Below, piece after piece: positions 35,036-47,370 of a stretch of DNA of 64,000 bases. The stretch lies in the NCBI RefSeq assembly GCF_032444005.1, contig NC_091286.1:51274001-51338000 (forward strand). Reading direction: 5' to 3'. The position numbers were made by a program, and so were the translations under genes. The notes under the pieces are model-generated. The model saw only the letters and a program-made list of their open reading frames with translations, was not told the DNA's origin and searched no databases. Source of the DNA: Ranitomeya imitator (lineage: Eukaryota). Positions within the stretch are counted from its first letter, which is position 1, and every line of letters begins with the position of its first letter.

Positions 35036-35885
35036 TGTCACGTCACTGTCGCTGCCGCACTCCACGCCCTGTCATACTTACCTGTCCTCGGCATCCCGTT
35101 GCGTGTCCTCCTCTGCTGCGTCTTCCTCTCAGCGCTTGCTGCTGCCCTCTGCTGTCTGTCGGGCGCACGCGCTTGCCTGATTCAACTCTGCGCGTGCGCA
35201 CTTCTAACTTACCTGCCGGCACCTTCCTTCTTCCTCTCTTTCACCCTGGAGGACTGTCACCTGGAAGTGCTGCGCTGTGCAGGTATATTTATCAGTTTCC
35301 ATCCACTCTTCCTTGCCTGGTGATCATTTGTTTCTGCGAATGCTCTTGGCCGCACGCTTGTCCTGGTGTTCTCTTTTGCCTAACCCTGCATTATCCTTGG
35401 TTTCTTCCAGTGCCAGATCCTGTGTCTCTGCAGCCCCGTGTCTCCTCGTGACCCTGCAGTACCGGTACCTCTGCAGCCCTGTGTCTCGCTCATCCCGTGT
35501 CTCCGCAGTCCCTGTATTCCTGCAGCTTCGTAAAGCAGCCCGCTTGTGACTCTGTAGTCCCTTTATCTCTACAGTCCAGTGTCTCAGTCCTTCCGTGTCT
35601 CTGCAGTCTCAGTATCCTTTCAGGTCCATTTCTCAGCCATCCGGTGTCTCCACAGTCCCTGTATCTCTGTGGTTCTGTGTCTCTGCCTTTCTTGCTAGTC
35701 TGGTGTCTCTTCCGTTTCCTCTGATTCCTCGTCTCCATTTTGTCTCTTTGTCTGTCTTGGCCCTCCAGCTTCTGTGGTGATAGTCCTTCACGGGCCTGCC
35801 CCTAACTCTCCTTGTATAGGGGGCGGTCCACCTGGTCAGCTCGTCCGTGAGGGGATCGTCGTCACGGTCCAGAGGGTCCACTAAT
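35036..35885 (+). mobile_element. LTR-like remnant with internal short tandem repeats
   Basis: Starts TGTCACG; C/T-rich body with repeated gtgtctccgcagtccctgtat; TSD and right end not resolved. Confidence 0.4.
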
Positions 35886-36145
35886 TCATTTCTCTTCTAA
35901 AATTGTCACAACAAGAAGCTGCCCATCCACAAAAGGAGAAGAGATCAAAATTGAAGAGGAGTCAGTAAAGAGGCCAAAATGTGCAAAAATGATACTTTAT
36001 ACAGTTAAAGTATTTATATGAATTACTCAAGAGGGTTTTGCTTGCTTTTTCAGTTCATGTGATAACATCTTTAAGAATATGTTCAGAAGCAATGGTATTA
36101 TGTAGATTTTTCTACACCCAAAATTAGCCTGATCTGATTTTTATT

Positions 36146-36188
36146 TGTGAAAGGCTGCAGTGCTAACCACTGAGCCACCGTGCTCCCC
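36146..36188 (-). mobile_element. SINE 5' (tRNA-like) fragment
   Basis: Reverse complement gggagcacggtggctcagtggttagcactgcagcc matches the head of the SINE at 3779. Confidence 0.7.
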
Positions 36189-39074
36189 CTTTTAATGAAC
36201 CTGTGCCTCAGGCCTTCAGCTTGTCTTTTGAAGATAGTTTGTTCCAAACAGTTTCCCCAGATTCCGAGGTACTGGCCCATGAGGATGCCTTTTTTTATTG
36301 CTGCAGGATGGCGGCGTTTCCCATTTCAACAGTAATTTGGTAGAGACAGGCTTCCTGTATGTCTGTGTTTTCAAGATGCCCCCCGTAAGCTCTCTCAGAA
36401 AGAATGTCCAAAAAGGTAACCTATCCTGATTGATTTCAAATATGAATTGTAAGCCTAAATTGTAGACATTCAAACTGCACACAAAAGATGAAAACATAGA
36501 TGTATCACCTATGAAAATAACATTAATATATTGTCACCACATTACTATATTTTCAACATATGGATGGGTACCTTTACGAAAAACTATGGTTTCCTCCCAC
36601 CAGCCCAGGAGAAAATTAGGAAACGAGGGGGTGCAAGAGCTCCCCATTGCTGTGCCCATGAGCTGCTGGAAATACTTCCTGTCAAAGAGAAAAAGTGAGA
36701 AAAAAATTACTGGTAAGGCAAAAACACATAACCTTCAGGACAAATTCATTGTGAGCCTTCATATGGGGGCCCTGTGTCCTAAGATAATATTCTACTACTT
36801 CCAAACACCTGTTGTGTGGGATCAACGAGACTAGGGCCTCCACATCTATGCTAGCTAACAGCATGCCCTGCTTCAAAGTGATCCCTTCAATCTTCCCAAA
36901 GTTATTAGTGTCACTAGTGTATGAATTCAAAGATAATACAAAAGATCTTACATTTTATTGATTTAAATACCAGCATTCTGGCAGATGCTGCATATGCTGG
37001 AAACAATGGGTCTCCCTTTAAGATGAGCAAGACCTTTGTTGACCTTGCAGAGACTGCAAAATGTGGAAATTATAAGAGGTAAAGGAAAAATTTATTCATA
37101 CTCGTTCTTATCTATTACACCTATGGAAAGTATGTTTTTAAGTTCTTTTAAGTAATGTGCAGTGGGGTCTAATGCAACAATTCGATAACAGTTACTATCA
37201 CCCAAAATCGTGCAACAGATTTGATGGTAATTCACTGTATACAACACAATCATGCTCCCCCCTTGTCAAAGGGCTTTATTGTTATATGATTTTTGTATTC
37301 AAGGCTCAACAAACTCTCAATTTCAGTCTTGGTCAGATTATATTGCACTTATTTTTTTCTCTCATTTCAGTTTAACATACAGTACAGACCAAAAGTTTGG
37401 ACACATCTTCTCATTTAAAGGTTTTTCTGTATTTTCATGACTATGAAAGTTGTACATTCACATTGAAGGCATCAAAACTATGAAATAACACATGTGGAAT
37501 TATATACTTAGCAAAAAAGTGTGAAACAACTGAAATTATGTCTTATATTCTTCAAAATTGAAGGCATACTGAACCAGCTTGGCTACCACAGCATCTTGCA
37601 GCGGCATGCTATTCCATCCGTTTTGCGTTTAGTTGGACCATCATTTAGTTTTCAACAGGACGATGACCCCAAACACACCTCCAGGCTGTGTAAGGGCTAT
37701 TTGACCAAGAAGGAGAATGATGGGGTGCTATGCCAGATGACCTGGCGTCCACAGTCACCAGACCAGAACCCAATTGAGATGGTTTGGGGTGAGCTGGAGC
37801 ACAGAGTTAAGGCAAAAGTGCCAACAAGTGCTAAGCATCTCTGGGAACTCCTTCAAGACTTTTGGAAGACTAATCCGGTGACTATCTCTTGAAGCCTATC
37901 AAGACAATGCCAAGAGTGTGCAAAGCAGTCATCAAAGCAAAAGGTAACTACTTTGAAGAACTTAGAATATAAGACATAATTTCAGTTGTTTCACACTTTT
38001 TTGTTAAAGGGAAGGTGCCATCAAAAAAATTTTTTTTTCAGAAATTGTAAAAATGTAAAGAATTAATGATTACATTTTCTTAAAAAATATTATCATTTGT
38101 TTATAATTTAGTAAAATATGAAAAATAATTTGAAAAGTTTGGGAATTGCCACTTTTAAACACTAGGGGGAGCAGCTGCTGAAATTTCAGAAAAACCTAGT
38201 GTACAAATAGCTCACATTACTGCACTGCAGTAATTATGGGCGGAGTCTGCTGACGTGTGTGATGTCTCCTCCCCTTCTGGGTGTTTGCTAAGGGATTAGA
38301 GAGGATGATATTCAGGAACCCAGTGAGCAGCCATTTTGTTGGTGACTGCAGAGTATGGTCAGTATTTTACATCAGTATTTGTAAGCCAAAACCAGGACTG
38401 GAACAATTAGAGGAAAAGTATAATAGAAACATATGCACCACTTCTGTATTTATCACCCACTCCTGGTTTTGGCTTACAAATACTGAGGTAAAATACTGAC
38501 CAAATACTGATAGTGTGAAGGCAGCCTTATACTGACAAGTAGACGGTCAACGAGGATGGCAGGCAGCAAGGATTCTGGGAGATATGTGGTAGAGGGAGCA
38601 GGGTGACAGCAGCACAGAGTATTTCAGGAGAGCAGTGTGCTGGTCTATGGGGGCCCCCTGTTCGGTGTGCGGAGCAGCCAGGGATTGTACATAGGGCGCT
38701 GTCTTTTATACAAATGGATGGACTGTCTGCTTGTCTGCTCCACAGAAATCCAGGAAACATTTCTGCGGATTGATGGCCTGGTCTGATCCAGACTTTGCAT
38801 ACAGACCCCATTCCCCTCCTCAGATCCTGTCTTCCCCATCCTGTCCTGGCAATGTGTGAAAGCGAGGCGACAGGCGCAGTCTGGGGTGACGCTGGGAAGG
38901 AAATGTAGCCATATAGTAACGATAAAAATGAGACCCCTCTCTTCAGCTACCTCACCAGCCTTCCCCTGACTACACCTAACTGGAGGTCATGCTGCCCCCT
39001 CTATTACCCCAGACCCGCGTGCAGGTGCTCAGCCAGAACCACCATAGAATGGGTCCGCTTTCTGAAGATAATAC

Positions 39075-39365
39075 TGCCATAGTGTTCTCACATAATACCG
39101 CCATATAGATCACACACAATATTATCAAATAGATCACACAATACTGTCATACAGTTCTCACATAATACCACCATATAGATCACATATAATACCAACAGTG
39201 TTCTCACATACCGCCATATAGATCACACATAATGCCGCCAGTGTTCTCACATACCGCCATATAGATCACACATAATACCGCCAGTGTTCTCACATACCAC
39301 CATATGCTTCTCACATAATACCGCCATATAGATCACCCATAATGCCGCCACATAGATCTCACATG
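39075..39365. repeat. Degenerate minisatellite (cacataataccgccatatagat)
   Basis: Repeated motif inside the Kolobok-like element. Confidence 0.8.
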
Positions 39366-39659
39366 TATTGTAAATACTCGGCCAGAATAAAGTCCTTTAT
39401 TAATCTTTTTTAAACCATACCGAACGCATAATCCTCGACTCCCTCATCTCCCACAACAAAAATAATAAACCACAATGGGGAAAGACACGCAAGGGGGAGA
39501 GGAGTGCATAGGAGAGGATTAGATACTGACTGCTGAGCCGTGTATCTAATCCTGTCCTGTGTGATACTGTGCTGCACCGTGTATCTAATCCTATCTTGTG
39601 TGATACTGTACACAGGACAGGATTAGCTACACAGGACTAGATTAGCTACACAGGTCAGA

Positions 39660-40362
39660 GGTAGCAGTGGTAGATGGTATATAGAGGCAGGTAGCAGTGG
39701 TATATAGGGGCAGGTAGCAGTGGTAGGGGGCATATAGGGGCTGGTAGCAGTGGTAGGTGGTATATAGGAGCAGGTAGCAGTGGTATATAGGGGCAGGTAG
39801 CAGTGGTATATAGGGGCTGGTAGCAGTGGTATATAGGGGCAGGTAGCAGTGATATATAGGGGCTGGTATCAGTGGTATATAGGGGCTGGTAGCAGTGGTA
39901 TATAGGGACTGGTAGCAGTGGTATATAGGGGCAGGTAGCAGTTGTATATAGGGGCAGGTAGCAGTGGTATATAGGGGCTGGTAGCAGTGGTATATAGGGG
40001 CTGGTAGCACTGGTATATAGGGGCAGGTAGCAGTGGTATATAGGGGCAGGTAGCAGTGGTATATAGGGGCTGGTAGCAGTGGTATATAGGGGCAGGTAGC
40101 AGTGGTATATAGGGGCTGGTAGCAGTGGTATATAGGGGCAGGTAGCAGTGGTATATAGGGGCAGGTAGCAATGGGAGATAGGGGCAGGTAGCAGTGGTAT
40201 ATAGGGGCTGGTAGCAGTGGTATATAGGTGCAGGTAGCAGTGGTATATAGGGGCAGGTAGCAGTGGTATATAGGGGCAGGTAGCAGTGGTATATAGGGGC
40301 AGGTAGCAGTGGTATATAGGGGCTGGTAGCAGTGGTATATAGGGTCTGGTAGCAGTGGTAGA
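39660..40362. repeat. Minisatellite, 23-bp unit ggtagcagtggtatataggggca, about 30 copies
   Basis: Period 23 (39781 to 39804); source of the spurious 241-aa ORF. Confidence 0.97.
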
Positions 40363-43300
40363 TGCATAAGAAAATAAAAACTCTGTACTTACCTTCAGTC
40401 CTCTTCCAGGAAGTGCTGAATTATGGTCAGGGCAGAGCAGTGTGACGATCTCCCTGCTCTGCTCAGAACAGGTCGGCAGTGAGCAGTGATTGCAGCCTGT
40501 ACTGTAATACTAAGTACAGGCTGCAATCACAGCTCCTGGCTGCAGATACTCACCCCGAACCTCGCTTCCCAGCAGCAGCTTCTCCCTGGCAGCTCCTGCT
40601 ATGATCGCACACACTGAGCTGTGTGTGCGATGACAGAGGAAAATAAAAAACAAAATGGCCGCGATCACGATCAGCTCTCACAGCTGTAACGTAGCAGCTC
40701 AGTGGGCGTGCCCAAGTCACAGCTGAGAGGCAGGAGGAGCAGCCTCAATGAAAGAGATGCGGTCGGGTCCGACCGTTGGCTCCTATGTCCATGGCTGCCG
40801 TAAGTGAGGTGTGCAAGTGTCGTGCCCAGACACTTACACCCACACTAATGAAAATGGCGGCCTCCAGTGGTAAAAGTAAAAATGAATAAATAAAAAAGTA
40901 TGAAAGTAGTACATTTACTTTTGTATTAAAAATAATTGATTATATAATCTATAATTATTAATACAAAAACTAAAATCACGGCACCCTCCCTTTAAGTATA
41001 TAATTTCACATGTGTTAATTCATAGTCTTGATGCCTTCAGTGTGAATGTCCAATTTTCATAGTCATGAAAATACAGAAAAATCTTTAAATGAGAAGGTGT
41101 GTCCAAACGTTTGGTCTGTACTGTACGTACAAAAACGTCAATATATGAGACGTCACTTTGGGCTCGGGTCATCTTTTTGCTTTTATCTTTCAGATTGGTA
41201 AATGTGCCTAATCCATGGTCATTGAGATTAACTTCTAGTAAATTAAATAAAAATGTTAACATCCTGTAGAAGAGATTCAAGAATACCATAATCTTGACAA
41301 TGTTGTTTATTTTCCTATGTAAAGTGTTTGTGCCATCTGAGTTTCCTTCTAAAAAGGTGGATATCTTTTACCCATTCAAATAAGTTGAAATCTGTCGTCG
41401 GAATGAACGAAAGTCCCTTTCTTAGAACATGAATCTCATCTATAGATAACAGTATGAGAGTTTTATAAACTCTGTATTTCCAGTGGGTTGTTGGTATTCT
41501 GTTGGATGAAATTTTTTCATAGTGGATACGATTATTCCAAAACATACCTTCCCTTGTGTAAATTGTCTGTTGTTAAATCTAGTCTGTCCACTTGCCTTAT
41601 GATCTCTTTGTCTTCCTCTTGGAGTTTTTGCAGTGGTCTAGGTATCCGACGCCTCAGTATCGGTTGAGGATATATCTGTCTCAGCATTTAGAGAGGTAGG
41701 TTTCATAGCAGGAAATCATCTAACAAGCATCCTGAGAAATATACGGCATTCTGTGGATTGGAAGAGTAAAAGCACACGATAATACCTCATTCACACATCA
41801 GTGTTTTTGAGTCAGTATTTCATCAGTATTTGTATGCCAAACACAGGAGCGTCTCAAAAACACAGAACAGGTATCAATCTTTCATTTATAGTTTTGCTCT
41901 GTAAGTTCCCATCCTGGCTTTGGCATACAAACTGATGCATAAATACTGACTTGTGGACGAGGCCTAAGATTGCAAGTTCTGGAACCTTCCCCAGTCAGAA
42001 CTATAGAAGCACCACAGAACAAGTACGAGCAATGTGTAAGAAGAAGATGATCGCACTGTTGTCTTTAAGAATTCTGAGCCCTGCTGGGACCTGGAGATAG
42101 AATGAAAAAATGTGGTTATCGGGATATTTCCAGGTCACAACAGTGAAGCTTCCTTCTCCTTATCCCTATAGGAACATGTAGGTTTTTGTCAATGTATGAA
42201 GATATCAGCCATCTTAAATACTATAGCAATTCTCTAGGCAAAGATAATGTTTTTTTCTTGATTAAAATTATTTCTGAATTTATTTATTACATTTTCTTTC
42301 TACCTTTTTTTCTAATCACTGATAACTCCTTTATAGTCCTGGATAAGCCATTTTAATTTTCCAGACTTGCAATTTTTTGCCTTCCATCCAGTTGCAATAT
42401 GTACTGTAAATAAAGTGTCTAAATGATGAATACCAGTTTTATGTAGGTTAATTTTTCGTTGCTTTAGATTAGTCCCCAGGTCCCCACTGTTAACATAAAG
42501 CTAGAAAAGAGAATGAATAATAACATTATAGGGAGATCACGCTTTGTACCATGTACATTAAATGCAGAAACCAGGCACTTCTACACTGTTGCCAAACCTT
42601 TTATCTCCATAGGATTCCATCTTTAGGTTTTTTATTTCTAATCCATTTATATTAGGTGTAGTTAAATAAGAGTAATTTATGAGTTCAGCTCCACTCTATC
42701 AAACATACAGCAATTAGTCTACATTAATACACATAGACTCCACACCTCCATCTCTGTAACTTTCAAAAAAACATAAAATAAGCATTACATTTTAGAAAAA
42801 TTGTAAGATGTTTTTGCAAGCACAAAAAATGGATAGGTGAAAAAGAAGACTTACAGTATCACATTATACCCAAGTATAATGGACTATAACTAGGGAAGGT
42901 ACCGCGTTTGTAGGTCATTAATAAATCACTGTAATGTAGCACAACATGCTGCTATAAGCAAGTTTGAAATGCATGTGAAACAGATTTCATGTGTTATATG
43001 AGTTTAAAGAATGCACTGGGGGCTGACATCTTGGTTTTGCAGCAGTAGCAGGGCACTGTCAGTGTCAGATTACGGCACCCCATGGACATAGGAGATAATA
43101 GACCAGCACAGACCCTATCTGTAACATTGCAGCAGCATTAGCAGTGAGCTGGGCACGCCTCTGTGGGCTGCACAACTCACTGCTGTAGGTGTGACTAGCT
43201 GCCATTTTATTATAGCCCTGTGCTCTCTATCACAGGACAGAAGAAGCCCTCACTGCTCCTCTGTACTCCAGGCAGGCACATCCTCTGCTCCTCACACATT

Positions 43301-43851
43301 GCCCTGTGTGTTTCTCCTGCCATGTCTCCCCCTCCCCCTCACACACTGTCCCTGTGATCTCTAGTAAGCTGCACTCACAGCCTGCAGAGAGGGAGGTGAC
43401 ACCTGGAGAGAGAGAGCAGGGCAGCTGACAGGACAGGGATTAAGGTGGGGGAAGGGGAATGGCAAGAATGTTATTCACAAAAAATGCTGCTGAGCCCACT
43501 GTGTTCTGCTCCTCTGTAAACAAGCTGTGCCTCTGATGCAGTAACTGCTGGTGATAGCAGATCACAGGGCAGTCACACACAAAATGGTGCTGCCCTGTGA
43601 TGCTGCTCTTCATTCTTACTGTTAGAAGCAAAATTGGGGCAGTAACTGCTGACATCACCATTTCCCTCCCCTTTTGGGTGGTCTAATATCCCTGGGGCAG
43701 AGCTGCTAAATCTTACTATAGCTGTTTGAGGTCTAAAACGGAAAATGCTCCCCCTAGTGGTAAATATGTATATTTGTAGAAAAATATATAATATTTTTCA
43801 TATAGAAATGTTTGCAAACAGTGCAAACATTGCATTAATACATTTTAATTA

Positions 43852-46354
43852 CCGTATATACTCGAGTATAAGCCGAGATTTTCAGCCCAAAATTTTGGGC
43901 TGAAAGTGCCCCTCTCGGCTTATACTCGAGTCAAGGTGGGTGGCAGGGTCGGCGGGTGAGGGGGTGAGGGCGCTGAGGCATACTTACCTAGTCCCAGCGA
44001 TCCTCGCGCTGTCCCTGCCGTCCCACGGTCTTCTGTGCTGCAGCTTCTTCCCCTCTTCAGCAGTCACGTGGGACCGCTCATTACAGAAATGAATAAGCGG
44101 CTCCACCTCCCATAGGGGTGGAGCCGCCTATTCATTCCTCTAATCAGCGGTGCCGGTGACCGCTGATAGAGAAAGAAGCTGCGGCACCGAAGACCAGGCA
44201 GAGGGACAGCGCGAGGATCGCCAGGACTAGGTAAGTATAGCATATTCACCTGTCCTCGTTCCAGCCGCCGAGCGCCGCTCCATCTTCCCGGCCGGCGCCT
44301 CCATCTTCCCGGCGTCTGCGCTCTGACTGTTCAGGCAGAGGGCGCGATGACGCATATAGTGTGCGCGGCGCCCTCTGCCTGATCAGTCAGAGCAGAGACG
44401 CCGGGAAGATGGAGGCACCGGAACGAGACGCCGGGAGCTGCAATCAAGGGAGGTGAGTATGTGTTTTTTTTTTTTTATTGCAGCAGCAGCAGCGGCGGCG
44501 GCAGAGATTTATGTGGAGCATCTATGGGGCACAGTGAACGGTGCAGAGCACCGTATATGGCACATCTATGGGGCACAGTGAACGGTGCAGAGCACCGTAT
44601 ATGGCACATCTATGGGGCACAGTGAACGGTGCAGAGCACCGTATATGGCACATCTATGGGGCACAGTGAACGGTGCAGAGCACCGTATATGGCACATCTA
44701 TGGGGCACAGTGAACGGTGCAGAGCACCGTATATGGCACATCTATGGGGCACAGTGAACGGTGCAGGGCACCGTATATGGCACATCTATGCGGCACAGTG
44801 AACGGTACAGAGCACCGTATATGGCACATCTATGGGGCACAGTGAACGGTGCAGAGCACCGTATATGGCACATCTATGGGGCACAGTGAACGGTGCAGAG
44901 CACCGTATATGGCACATCTATGGGGCACAGTGAACGGTGCAGAGCACCGTATATGGCACATCTATGGGGCACAGTGAACGGTGCAGGGCACCGTATATGG
45001 CACATCTATGGGGCACAGTGAACGGTGCAGAGCACCGTATATGGCACATCTATGGGGCACAGTGAACGGTGCGGAGCACCGTATATGGCACATCTATGGG
45101 GCACAGTGAATGGTGCGGAGCACCGTATATGGCACATCTATGGGGCACAGTGAACGGTGCGGAGCACCGTATATGGCACATCTATGGGGCACAGTGAACG
45201 GTGCAGGGCACCGTATATGGCACATCTATGGGGCACAGTGAACGGTGCAGAGCACCGTATATGGCACATCTATGGGGCACAGTGAACGGTGCGGAGCACC
45301 GTATATGGCACATCTATGGGGCACAGTGAACGGTGCAGAGCACCGTATATGGGGCACAGCTATGGGGCACAGTGAATGGTGCAGAGCACCGTATATGGCA
45401 CATCTATGGGGCACAGTGAACGGTGCAGAGCACCGTATATGGCACATCTATGGGGCACAGTGAACGGTGCAGAGCACCGTATATGGCACATCTATGGGGC
45501 ACAGTGAACGGTGCGGAGCACCGTATATGGCACATCTATGGGGCACAGTGAACGGTGCAGAGCACCGTATATGGGGCACAGCTATGGGGCACAGTGAATG
45601 GTGCAGAGCACCGTATATGGCACATCTATGGGGCACAGTGAACGGTGCAGAGCACCGTATATGGCACATCTATGGGGCACAGTGAACGGTGCAGAGCACC
45701 GTATATGGCACATCTATGGGGCACAGTGAACGGTGCAGAGCACCGTATATGGCACATCTATGGGGCACAATGAACGGTGCAGAGCACTGTATGGCACAGC
45801 TATGGGGCACAGTGAATGGTGCAGAGCACCGTATATGGCACATCTATGGGGCACAGTGAACGGTGCAGAGCACCGTATATGGCACATCTATGGGGCACAG
45901 TGAACGGTGCAGAGCACCGTATATGGCACATCTATGGGGCACAGTGAACGGTGCAGAGCACCGTATATGGCACATCTATGGGGCACAATGAACGGTGCAG
46001 AGCACTGTATGGCACAGCTATGGGGCACAGTGAATGGTGCAGAGCACCGTATATGGCACATCTATGGGGCACAATGAACGGTGCAGAGCACTGTATATGG
46101 CACATCTATGGGGCACAGTGAACGGTGCAGAGCACCGTATATGGCACAGCTATGGGGAAATAATGAACGGTGCAGAGCACTATATGGCACAGCTATGGGG
46201 AAAAAATTATCTATTTTTATTTTTGAAATTCACCGGTAAATGCTGCATTTCCACCCTAGGCTTATACTCGAGTCAATAAGTTTTCCCAGTTTTTTGTGGC
46301 AAAATTAGGGGGGTCGGCTTATACTCGGGTCGGCTTATACTCGAGTATATACGG
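43852..46354. mobile_element. pogo/Tigger-like MITE containing a satellite
   Basis: TA|CCGTATATACTCGAGTATAAGCCGA .. TCGGCTTATACTCGAGTATATACGG|TA; internal inverted repeat about 43980-44240. Confidence 0.88.
44516..46197. repeat. Satellite, 44-bp unit, about 38 highly homogeneous copies
   Basis: gcacatctatggggcacagtgaacggtgcagagcaccgtatatg; period 44 (44521 to 44565). Confidence 0.98.
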
Positions 46355-46964
46355 TACTATTTTAAGCTTAATTTCACAAAAAAACAAAATGCAAGAAAAC
46401 TGGTGGCACCTTCCCTTTAAACTAATTTCAAGATGTTAGAATGAGGAAGGGGTTAATGTCTTAAGGTCTGCCAAATCTCCTAAAGTGTTGTAGTTCTTAG
46501 GAGAATGAGTGTGTTTAGTTTTTATACAGGTATGAATTTTGCTACAATGCAAAAGACACCTAAATGTATGCATGATACTTCCATATTCATGAAAACTATA
46601 AATAAATGAGCATTCCTGAACTCTTTGGAGAGTTTTGGAAATGACGTGCTTATATGTTTTTTCTTTTCTCACTAGCTGTAAACTGAAATCCCAAAATATT
46701 TTAAGTTGGAGTTAGGACTGCTCTAACACAACTGCTTTTCTAGTAATGGACTAAGCAAACCCCTGTGTAGTCTGATTCTGCAGTGATTCTCACTTCCATA
46801 TTTCCTCGAAAAATCTACCATTAGCAAGAATCAGGAGTGGATGAATGGCAATACCACTACAAGTCAAAATTCCTTAGAGTTTGCTTGTAGTTTGCAATTA
46901 TGAAGATATAAAAATATGCATAGATACTTGACACTGATCTCTCCTTCATATATCCAAGCCCCTT

Positions 46965-47370
46965 CCACTTCCCGCTAACTTCAACTCAAAAATATTTCAC
47001 AGATCTGTACATTCCTCAACCAAGAATCTGCAAAAACCCTAGTTCATGCCCTCATCATCTCCAGCCTTGATTACTGCAACCTCCTGCTCTGTGGCCTCCC
47101 CTCTAACACTCTCGCACCCCTCCAATCTATTCTAAACTCTGCTACCTGACTAATCCACCTGTCCCCCCGCTATTCCCCAGCCTCTCCCCTCTGTCAATCC
47201 CTTCACTGGCTCCCCATTACCCAAAGACTCCAGTTCAAAACCCTAACCATGGCATGCAAAGCCATCCACAACCTGTCTCCTCCATGCATCTCTGACCTCG
47301 TCACCCGGTACTTACCTACGCACAACCTCTAATCCTCACAAGATCTCCTTCTCTACTCCCCTCTTATCAC
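46965..47370 (+). mobile_element. L2 LINE ORF2 C-terminal fragment
   Basis: LVHALIISSLDYCNLLLCGLP..LQSILNSA..SLHWLP..R.QFK, with stops. Confidence 0.9.

Larger units (their letters stand above)
38008..40991. mobile_element. Kolobok/T2-like non-autonomous DNA transposon carrying satellites
   Basis: TTAA|AGGGAAGGTGCC .. GGCACCCTCCCT|TTAA; the Tc1 sequence rejoins across the TTAA. Confidence 0.88.
37380..41123 (+). mobile_element. Internally deleted Tc1 with both TIRs, interrupted at 38008
   Basis: TA|CAGTACAGACCAAAAGTTTGGACAC .. GTGTCCAAACGTTTGGTCTGTACTG|TA; ORF 37521-37892 has FQQDDDPKH and PQSPDQNPIEMVW. Confidence 0.93.
36090..41760 (-). mobile_element. Penelope-like retroelement, degenerate, split by a nested Tc1
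   Basis: Minus-strand fragments in the expected order: VLRKGLSFIPT..KDIHLF.RKL (41315-41545), NLTKTEIESL..IKPFDKGG (about 37230-37340), KVNK..GRPIVSSI (36980-37060), LASIDVEAL..IPH (36682-36930), YRKPVSTK (36216-36497), MGQYL. Confidence 0.88.
42892..46416. mobile_element. Second Kolobok/T2-like non-autonomous element
   Basis: Left end AGGGAAGGTACC (TTAA degenerate), right end GGCACCTTCCCT|TTAA; TIR nearly the same as that of 38008-40991. Confidence 0.7.

Noticed and set aside
36974-37078. Convincing plus-strand exon (ccag..GAG|gtaaag; ILADAAYAGNNGSPFKMSKTFVDLAETAKCGNYK)
   Set aside because: It is the antisense of the Penelope RT segment KVNK..GRPIVSSI. This shows that exon-like signals arise by chance here, which is why all exon calls are low confidence.
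39642-40367. 241-aa and 100-aa ORFs with PLLPAPIYHCY repeats
   Set aside because: Translation of a 23-bp satellite inside a transposon; no splice or start context.
45226-46279. Duplicated 72-73-aa ORFs on both strands
   Set aside because: Translation of the 44-bp satellite and its 222-bp higher-order repeat.
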